Below, piece after piece: positions 8,414 to 15,058 of a stretch of 15,058 nucleotides of DNA. Origin of the DNA: an uncultured archaeon (GTDB lineage: Archaea > Asgardarchaeota > Lokiarchaeia > Sigyniarchaeales > Promethearchaeaceae); contig CAYRPF010000050.1 in the NCBI GenBank assembly GCA_964426185.1, forward strand, positions 1-15,058, written 5' to 3'. The translations under genes and the position numbers were made by a program. The notes beneath the pieces were generated by a model. That model ran no database searches. It was not told where the DNA came from and worked only from the letters and a program-made list of their open reading frames with translations. Positions within the stretch are counted from its first letter, which is position 1. Each line of letters starts with the position of its first letter.

Positions 8414-9703
8414 ATGAAATCTAACCTCCAGTTATTAAATTTCTTCCGCAAGTCAAAATCAGAATCAGCAAGTAACCAACTTCCTTATAGAACTTGGCCG
8501 GTATATTTTTTAGCTTTTATGAAAACCTTCTACCAATCTTTATTTTCATTAGCTCTTCCTAATTATTTAATTTATAATGACATCATGGATCCGGATATGG
8601 TCGGAGTTGTTCTTTCCATGACTGCTTTATTTTATATAGTTACTCCTTTTATCGGGCAGTTAGTAGCTAAAAAAATCGGATATCGCAACACTTTGATTAT
8701 TTCACTTTTTTTGAGTGTGATTTCCTATACCACACAAGTGTTATTTTTTACACCTTCAATTCTTATCATTATGCAATTGATTGAAGGGTTATCTTTGGGT
8801 TTATTTTGGCCAAATATCATGATGCAAATTAGTATTTGGCAAGATATTTCTTCTGAAACGCAGAACGAACTTAATTTTAAGCATTTCAACAAAAGTTGGA
8901 ATTATGGATTATTATTAAGTTTCATCAGCGGTTTTGTAATAGTGATTCAATTTCATAATGATTTTATTGCATTAATTGCCTCAGTAGTGTTAATGTTCCT
9001 TACAGTGCCTATCGGGTTTTTTGTGGATTCTGAATCGAAGATTTCTCTTATAAAATCTCAGAAACATTTAAAAGTTCAAATAAATAGGCCAGAAGAAACA
9101 ATAGGACCAGAAGCACATGGTTCAAATTATGCACATTTAGTAATTCCTGCCCTAATTGCTTGGATTTTAAACTTAGGTTATACTACTGCCAAATCCATTT
9201 TCAATTTTAATTTTCCTTATAATCTAAAGGCTGCAGGATTTGGCTCTGAATGGCGTTATGTTTTCATTTTTGGGCAACAAGCTCTACAAATTATTGCTTT
9301 GAATTTAATAGGCCCCATGAATTTGCGGAAGAAAGTCAATTGGGTCAAAGTTTGTCTAATTACAGATTTAATCATGGCTATAACGTTGATATTTATTCAA
9401 AACATCTATTTTATAATTACTGCAACCGTAATCATGGGTTTCTCAACTGGGATTAAGCAAGGCTTCGTGATGAAGGTTAATTTTGATCATTCTGCAAAAA
9501 CAGGGGATTCAAAATATATTAATATCGGCGAGATTATGGCTGGAATTGGATTTGGTGTTACCCCGCTTTGGTTAGGTTTGTTATTAGATAATACTTCATA
9601 TATTTGGAGTTATGTAATTTACTCCCTATTCTTTATACCAATTATATTGTATTTCTTTTTATCTCTCTCGAATATTAAAATTGAGGAAAATAATGGAAAG
9701 TGA
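8414..9703 (+). CDS. Major facilitator superfamily transporter
   Basis: 429 aa, about 12 hydrophobic segments in 6+6 layout with central hydrophilic loop; motif-A-like GQLVAKKIGYRN and QLIEGLSLG. Confidence 0.85.
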   Translation: MKSNLQLLNFFRKSKSESASNQLPYRTWPVYFLAFMKTFYQSLFSLALPNYLIYNDIMDPDMVGVVLSMTALFYIVTPFIGQLVAKKIGYRNTLIISLFLSVISYTTQVLFFTPSILIIMQLIEGLSLGLFWPNIMMQISIWQDISSETQNELNFKHFNKSWNYGLLLSFISGFVIVIQFHNDFIALIASVVLMFLTVPIGFFVDSESKISLIKSQKHLKVQINRPEETIGPEAHGSNYAHLVIPALIAWILNLGYTTAKSIFNFNFPYNLKAAGFGSEWRYVFIFGQQALQIIALNLIGPMNLRKKVNWVKVCLITDLIMAITLIFIQNIYFIITATVIMGFSTGIKQGFVMKVNFDHSAKTGDSKYINIGEIMAGIGFGVTPLWLGLLLDNTSYIWSYVIYSLFFIPIILYFFLSLSNIKIEENNGK

Positions 9704-9718
9704 AAAAGTGAGTATTTA

Positions 9719-10291
9719 ATGGAACAAAAAAAACGGTGCTGGGAAAATATCACCCCATTGATGGAAAAATATCACGATTATGAGTGGGGTACGCCTTTAC
9801 ATAATGATAAGAAATTATTCGAATTTTTGATTTTAGATGGAGCTCAAGCCGGTTTGAGTTGGAATACTATATTGAATAAACGGGAAAACTTCAGAAAAGC
9901 GTTGGACGATTTTGATTATGCAAAAATTTCCAAATATTCGGAAAAAAAAGTGGAAGAGTTGATGCAAAACTCGGGAATCATCCGAAATCGTTCGAAAATT
10001 CAATCTTTTATCACCAATGCCCAAGCATTTATGAAAATTCAACAAGAATTTGGTTCTTTTGATGAATATCTCTGGAAATTTGTTAATGGAGTCCCGATTC
10101 AAAATAATTGGCATTCATGGGATGAAGTTCCTGCCAAAACACCATTATCCGAACAAATCAGCAAGGATCTGAAAAAAAGGGGCTTTAAATTCGTGGGCCC
10201 TACTATTATTTATGCTTTTATTCAAGCTGTTGGAATGGTTAATGATCATTTGGTTAACTGTTTTCGACATGCAGAATTATCTAATCAATAG
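9719..10291 (+). CDS. tag: DNA-3-methyladenine glycosylase I
   Basis: RCW, YHDYEWG, LFEFLILDGAQAGLSWNTILNKRENFR, IIRNRSKI, LKKRGFKFVGPT and VNDHLVNC signature motifs. Confidence 0.97.
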   Translation: MEQKKRCWENITPLMEKYHDYEWGTPLHNDKKLFEFLILDGAQAGLSWNTILNKRENFRKALDDFDYAKISKYSEKKVEELMQNSGIIRNRSKIQSFITNAQAFMKIQQEFGSFDEYLWKFVNGVPIQNNWHSWDEVPAKTPLSEQISKDLKKRGFKFVGPTIIYAFIQAVGMVNDHLVNCFRHAELSNQ

Positions 10292-10314
10292 ATTACGAAA
10301 AAAATAAAAATTTA

Positions 10315-11310
10315 TTAAAATTTGTTGTTGGATAAAAATGTTGTAAAATTTTTACCCAAAATATCCGTTGCTTCTGCCTCGGTAAAATTAATGCTCTTAA
10401 AATCCTCCACTAATGAACTTAAATCTGTGGGATAACGGAAATTTTCCATGATACCGGGTAAACCATTAATATCTGTACCAATTGCAAGATGTGACGAACC
10501 AACTAAAGATTTTATGTGTTGGGTGTGTTGTAACAAATCTGCCCGTGTTTTTACACCATATGGTTGTAAATAGAAAGGCCACAGCCCAATTATTCCTCCA
10601 CCATCTGCAATCTTCTGAATCAAATCATCTGAGATAAAGCGAGGAAAATTGGATTGTACCGTAGCCGCGCCAGTATGGCTGGCGATCACAGGTCGAGTGG
10701 AATGATTAATGGCATCATTTGCCGTTTCTTCACATGAATGTGCTAAATCTATCAGCAGTCCCAACTCATTTAATTCTTCAATTGCCCTTTTCCCGAATTC
10801 GGATAACCCTCCATATTTTTTTGATGGCAGATTCCCTTGACTTTTAAATAATTCAGCTAAAGAAAGAGTAGAATATCCTATACAGTTATCTGCAGAGTGA
10901 ACGATAGTTAAAGCACGTACACCCAATTTGAATATTTCTTTAATTCTTTCTCTTCGATTATTGAGAAAATCACCGCCTTCAACTGCTAACATAATCAAAG
11001 GGCGATTTTCTTCAAGTGCCTCTTGAATCGATTCAGAATTTGAGTATAATATTGCATTTAGCTTTTCTGTTTGGCGGCGTATCTTTTTTAACTGCTTTTT
11101 TACTGCGTTATAAGTATTAAATCCATATAAACCAGTTACCAGCTTATCGCCTACTGCATTAACCACCACGAATGATAAATCAGATTGTGGAAATTGTTGT
11201 AAATTGAATATAGGTGGCATTGTTTTTCGGTTTAAAAATTTGTATAATAAGCGAAAAGGTTGTGGAATTAAATCATGTGCATGAATATGAATATCCGCAA
11301 TATATGTCAT
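10315..11310 (-). CDS. Membrane/renal dipeptidase family (peptidase M19) amidohydrolase
   Basis: DIHIH, AVEGG, GVRALTIVH, GLSEFGKRAIEELNELGLLIDLAH, PVIASHTG, RFISDD, GTDING motifs. Confidence 0.92.
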   Translation of the reverse strand: MTYIADIHIHAHDLIPQPFRLLYKFLNRKTMPPIFNLQQFPQSDLSFVVVNAVGDKLVTGLYGFNTYNAVKKQLKKIRRQTEKLNAILYSNSESIQEALEENRPLIMLAVEGGDFLNNRRERIKEIFKLGVRALTIVHSADNCIGYSTLSLAELFKSQGNLPSKKYGGLSEFGKRAIEELNELGLLIDLAHSCEETANDAINHSTRPVIASHTGAATVQSNFPRFISDDLIQKIADGGGIIGLWPFYLQPYGVKTRADLLQHTQHIKSLVGSSHLAIGTDINGLPGIMENFRYPTDLSSLVEDFKSINFTEAEATDILGKNFTTFLSNNKF

Positions 11311-11358
11311 AAATATAAATCATTGAGAGAGAATTTAAGAATTATTTTATAATTAACT

Positions 11359-13467
11359 CTACTTCTCCTTTTGTTGTTTTTCTTCAAAATATAATTTATT
11401 TTCTTGGGTGTCAAAAATTAATTCATGTAAAATAGAAAGACGCAATTTTTGCAAAAATAGAGGCGTTATTTCATCTACATTTTTAATGGGTTTTAGTTGT
11501 AATTCAATTAAGGATTCTAATTTTCTATGATCGTAAAAAATTGGACTAATTTCATCAGGGTATATGATGCACATTAAGAAGAATGGGTGCCCTTTATTTC
11601 TCGTTTTAATCTGAGTTTGATCAAAAAGAGTTAAACTATAAACTAACGCTTTTAAATTGAGTGTTCCGAACGGGTAAGGCCCAAAAAGTCCAATATGATA
11701 CTTCTTTCCATGACCAAGGCTAACAGGATAAAGCGAGCCTACTAAATTAATTTGTTGCTTGTAACGTGGATCATTAGGATCGATATTATCTACAGCTTGA
11801 ATTAGCGGACCACGAATGTCATCAATTTTATAAGCAACCAGAAATATCTTCTTGAGATCATCCTCTATAATTGCAGGAGTGGTATATTGCGACACAATTT
11901 GTTCGATTTCTTTTAAAGTAATATTGAAGAGAATTTTATGTGCGGTTTCTTCTTTTTGTAGTCGTTGAACATTATTTAATATGAAATTCAATCGATCTCG
12001 AGCACGTTGAGCTTGGATCGTTAATCCACGAGATTCCGCTAGCTGCATAGCATCTGCTAAAAGGCTCTCTGCTTTATTAAATTCAAGTTTTACCGAATAT
12101 AACATTGCATAAACCAAAGAAGCGTTAACATAGAAAGGCATTAATCCTTTTTCAGCTGCTAAGCTCATTGCATCTTGAATATAATGCATCGCCTCATTAT
12201 AACTGGATTCTTCATTATCATTCTCCTTGTATCTAAGCAAACCCGCCTCCGCGAGATATACTAATGTTTGAAATCGCAGTTCAATATGTTTTAATTTTTC
12301 TGTAATTTTCTCAGTTTCATTTAATAGAAATTCAGCTTCCCACAAATTCAATTTAGAAATGTTAATACGAGCGCGTTGTAATAAAACCTTAGCGCGCAAT
12401 GTATCCGATTTTAATTTCCATGCAATTTCATTTGCTTTTTTTAGAATTTTATACGCTTCATGGTAATTTTTTTCTCGGTGATAAATTTCTGCCAATATTG
12501 TTAATATATTCATTTCTGGTTGATAAATTCCAGATTGAGTTATAAAATCCTGCGCTTGCAATAGAAGTTGTTTCGCTTTGTTAATATTTCCACGTCGTAA
12601 CCAAAACTTAGCATATTTTTCCAGCATATCAATATGAGCAAGTTTATCATCTATTTCATCATAAAACACAAGGGCTTGCTCAAAAAGATATTCCGCTTTT
12701 AATATATCTCCTGTATCTGTGCATAAATCCGCATAATTTCTACAGATTAAGGCAATATTCCGAATATCTCCCATTTCTTCGGCGATTTTTAATGTTTTCT
12801 CGTATTCTTTTTTTGCTTGAGTATATTCACCAATCAATTTAAGCGCTCCGGCATAATTTGATCCGAATATTAAAATTCCTCGAAGGCAATCGATTTCAAG
12901 GGCTCTTTCTGTGCAGTATTTATAAATTTCTATGGCTTCTTCAATATTACCTAGATCTTCTTCAATTATTGCTATGTTATTAAAGGCGTTAATTGCTGGG
13001 ACTGGATTTATGGTTTCTGCCATTTTATATGCTTTTTGAAATAGATATTTCGCTTCATCTAGTTTTCCTTGAGAATATCGAATGATACCCAAGCGATTTA
13101 TTGCATATGCTTCTCGACTAGGTAGATTTAAAGTTTGAAATATAGCGATTGCTTGTTCTATCCGTTGGGCAGCATCATCGAAATCTCCACAATCTCGCTC
13201 GATAGTCCCTAACCCCACTAAAGCTTCTGCCTTCTCTTTTTGAAGATTAAGTTCTTCACTTTTTGCTAGAATGTGTTGGAAAAGTTTTTCTGCTTTCTCT
13301 ATTTTCGAATTCAACCAGTAACATGTTGCTAATTCTACTTCAAGCTTAATGCGTTGGACAAGAGTAAGATCTTTTTGAAGATAATCGCTTATTTTTTTTT
13401 CAGCTTCAAGATAATTCCTATTAACAAGCCGCTGAAGTTCACGATATTTCTCTTCAAAAGAATTCAC
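11359..13467 (-). CDS. TPR-repeat protein (MalT/TPR_12-like ~40-aa repeats) with C-terminal longin/uDENN-like domain
   Basis: Repeats such as AYAINRLGIIRYSQGKLDEAKYLFQKA and AFNNIAIIEEDLGNIEEA; C-terminal alpha/beta domain IFLVAYKIDDIRGP...GLFGPYP; GTG start with GAGGTGA RBS. Confidence 0.85.
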   Translation of the reverse strand: MNSFEEKYRELQRLVNRNYLEAEKKISDYLQKDLTLVQRIKLEVELATCYWLNSKIEKAEKLFQHILAKSEELNLQKEKAEALVGLGTIERDCGDFDDAAQRIEQAIAIFQTLNLPSREAYAINRLGIIRYSQGKLDEAKYLFQKAYKMAETINPVPAINAFNNIAIIEEDLGNIEEAIEIYKYCTERALEIDCLRGILIFGSNYAGALKLIGEYTQAKKEYEKTLKIAEEMGDIRNIALICRNYADLCTDTGDILKAEYLFEQALVFYDEIDDKLAHIDMLEKYAKFWLRRGNINKAKQLLLQAQDFITQSGIYQPEMNILTILAEIYHREKNYHEAYKILKKANEIAWKLKSDTLRAKVLLQRARINISKLNLWEAEFLLNETEKITEKLKHIELRFQTLVYLAEAGLLRYKENDNEESSYNEAMHYIQDAMSLAAEKGLMPFYVNASLVYAMLYSVKLEFNKAESLLADAMQLAESRGLTIQAQRARDRLNFILNNVQRLQKEETAHKILFNITLKEIEQIVSQYTTPAIIEDDLKKIFLVAYKIDDIRGPLIQAVDNIDPNDPRYKQQINLVGSLYPVSLGHGKKYHIGLFGPYPFGTLNLKALVYSLTLFDQTQIKTRNKGHPFFLMCIIYPDEISPIFYDHRKLESLIELQLKPIKNVDEITPLFLQKLRLSILHELIFDTQENKLYFEEKQQKEK

Positions 13468-13511
13468 TTAATCTCACCTCTATTCTCACACAATAATTCT
13501 TTTTGGAATCC

Positions 13512-13766
13512 TTAATTCTTTTTGGAAGAGATTTTAAAAAAAGAAACTCCTGGATTATTTGATCTAATGGGGGTAATTATAAAACCTTCTTTCCGAATCT
13601 CTTGAATAAATCTTTTTGATCGGATGTAATTCTTTAAAATATAGCCAGAATGATAACCATGAACAATTTCAATGATATTATCTGTGGAAAGATCCGCCTC
13701 GCGGATGCAATAAAGTATCTCAATCACAGCTTCAATTAGTTCCATCCCATGTAGATCAATTTTCAT
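13512..13766 (-). CDS. Stand-alone Smr (small MutS-related) domain protein
   Basis: IDLHGM, IVHGYHSG..LK and NPGVS match the Smr signature; ATG at 13766 preferred over 13793. Confidence 0.9.
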   Translation of the reverse strand: MKIDLHGMELIEAVIEILYCIREADLSTDNIIEIVHGYHSGYILKNYIRSKRFIQEIRKEGFIITPIRSNNPGVSFFKISSKKN

Positions 13767-13938
13767 TATATTTCCAATTAAATAGTAATGCACTCTAAAT
13801 TTTAAATGGAATAATTCGAAATATTTAATACTTCACTCTTATTCAATTGTAATAAGCTAAAATAATTTGAGTTACTATTTTCGTGAATAAAATGCATCTA
13901 AATCGTTTCATTTCTTGTAAAACTACCTTTACTCGATA

Positions 13939-14100
13939 GCTCACTGCGTCGGGGGATTTAATCTTGCACCCCGTAGTAAGTGAGGATGAAATAAAACGAA
14001 TGCTTTGATTGCCACATGGATTAAACATGCTTCAACGCAAATAATGGGTAATTTTTATTTGTTAATTACCTTCTACACTCTCGCTTGCGTAGTAGTGAGC
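13939..14100. ncRNA. Putative structured non-coding RNA (or MITE-like element), family unrecognised
   Basis: Relatively GC-rich intergenic island with complementary ends GCTCACTGC/GTAGTGAGC and several nested stems. Confidence 0.45.
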
Positions 14101-14314
14101 GCTCAATTTTTATCCATTTAGTATTTATTAATTATAGAATTCTCTTTGAATAAAAAAGTCTGGGATACAAGATGTATACCATATAATTGTCCTAGTTTGC
14201 TTTGGAATTGCCTATATCGCAAACTATACCAAAGATTTTTATATTTTGGGTAATAAATTTAATTTGTTATTGAAATGAAATCGTGATATTGATCTTTCAA
14301 TTCAGGTGAAACCT

Positions 14315-14404
14315 ATGAAAAATGAAATGAAAAATGAAGAATCATTTCCTGTGTGTTTTAATGTATATCCTTTTCCTTTCGGTAGCACTTCTCTCACTTG
14401 TTAA
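14315..14404 (+). CDS. Putative 29-aa small protein MKNEMKNEESFPVCFNVYPFPFGSTSLTC
   Basis: AGGTGA RBS at 14304-14309, 5 nt before ATG; absent from the ORF track (shorter than any listed ORF). Confidence 0.45.
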   Translation: MKNEMKNEESFPVCFNVYPFPFGSTSLTC

Positions 14405-14524
14405 TGGCTAATTTTTACTTCTACATTATCAAATGGACTGTAAATTCTATGCAATATTGTGTAAACATTGCTAAATATGCAAATTCCTTTTTTTTTATTA
14501 GTCTGCAAAAAATTAAAACAAGTG

Positions 14525-15025
14525 ATGAATATGATAAAAATTTCAAACATATCGCCAAACAGAATTCAAAAATTGGGTGCCTTCGTTGTAGGTGCTGTTG
14601 TTAAACAACTTTACCCTAGCATTCGACTAATTTCAGCCCATGCTAGTGATGATGACTTTTATTATGAATTCGGGGTGCAACATCCCTTAAAAAACGCCGA
14701 CCTGATTAAGATCCACAAAGCATTGGATGAATTTATCTCTAGTTCGCCAAAGATTCAACAATTTTCTATCCGGATTGAAGATGCTTATTGGTTGTTTCGA
14801 TCAGAGCCGGAAAAACTTGTTGAACTAGACAAATTAATTAATGAATATTTTGCTCCACCAGTTATCTGTCAAATTAATGAATATTTTGATATATGCTGCG
14901 AGGAAATTCCCGAAATTCTCTTGGATTCAATTGTTATTGAAGAAATTAAAGGAATAATTCCGTCTCAACAATTTGATAATTCACCATGGATTCGTCAGCG
15001 CATTTATGGTTCTGTGCGAGCTTAG
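14525..15025 (+). CDS. Free-standing homologue of the bacterial-type threonyl-tRNA synthetase N2 editing (tRNA_SAD) domain, degenerate active site
   Basis: AVVKQLYP, DFYYEF, DLIKIHKAL, EDAYWLFRSEPEK, YFDIC and QRIYG align by eye with ThrRS AVKxLYP, GFYYDF, DLxxIExxM, EAxxLF..EPYK, FxDLC, QRIYG; start ATG 14525 or 14531 preferred over TTG 14468. Confidence 0.8.
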   Translation: MNMIKISNISPNRIQKLGAFVVGAVVKQLYPSIRLISAHASDDDFYYEFGVQHPLKNADLIKIHKALDEFISSSPKIQQFSIRIEDAYWLFRSEPEKLVELDKLINEYFAPPVICQINEYFDICCEEIPEILLDSIVIEEIKGIIPSQQFDNSPWIRQRIYGSVRA

Positions 15026-15032
15026 TAAAGCA

Positions 15033-15058
15033 TTTTTTATCTTTTTTTCTTTTTTTTT
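15033..15058 (+). terminator. Archaeal-type oligo-T terminator
   Basis: T6, T7 and T9 runs directly after tandem TAG TAA stops. Confidence 0.6.

Noticed and set aside
9701-9721. MFS TGA stop is in frame with the tag ATG 15 nt later (possible Sec readthrough fusion)
   Set aside because: One-in-three chance; both proteins are complete, the TGA is not at a Cys-like position, and no SECIS is evident
9250-10114. ORFs 9250-9456 and 9833-10114
   Set aside because: Alternative-frame or antisense shadows of the MFS and tag genes
13986-14009. SECIS-like ATGA...AAA...TGAT core
   Set aside because: Too short for the ~11-bp SECIS upper stem, and no upstream + strand gene with an in-frame TGA
13843-14028. 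61-aa minus-strand ORF
   Set aside because: No RBS or motif; overlaps the structured element; probably spurious
13939-14520. T-box or known riboswitch upstream of the ThrRS-like gene
   Set aside because: No GGTGGnACC T-box, TPP, cobalamin, fluoride or c-di-AMP consensus visible
14398-14604. 68-aa + strand ORF
   Set aside because: Out-of-frame overlap with the ThrRS-like gene, TTG start, no motif
14468-15025. Calling this gene thrS, or a window-truncated thrS
   Set aside because: Ends in tandem stops plus oligo-T inside the window and lacks the TGS, catalytic and anticodon-binding domains

Overview
AT-rich, densely coding archaeal-looking window, most likely from an Asgard archaeon (Lokiarchaeia/Promethearchaeota-like). 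This is an inference from the gelsolin-domain protein, the Ras-like domain, the longin/uDENN-like domain, (G)AGGTGA ribosome-binding motifs and oligo-T terminators. In order: a small Cys-motif ORF; a minus-strand pair of eukaryotic-signature-like genes (a 1249-aa alpha-solenoid with an N-terminal degenerate small-GTPase-like domain and three C-terminal repeats, then a gelsolin-domain/coiled-coil protein); a divergent AbrB/ACT-like protein and tandem winged-HTH regulator; a hypothetical protein; a DUF2085-type membrane protein; an MFS transporter; DNA-3-methyladenine glycosylase I (tag); an M19 dipeptidase; a TPR protein with a longin/uDENN-like C-terminus; a stand-alone Smr protein; a ~700-nt intergenic region holding a ~160-nt putative structured RNA and an unannotated 29-codon ORF with a strong RBS; and a free-standing, catalytically degenerate ThrRS editing-domain homologue. 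No tRNA, rRNA, CRISPR array or transposase was recognised. All family calls come from motif recognition by eye, not database searches.
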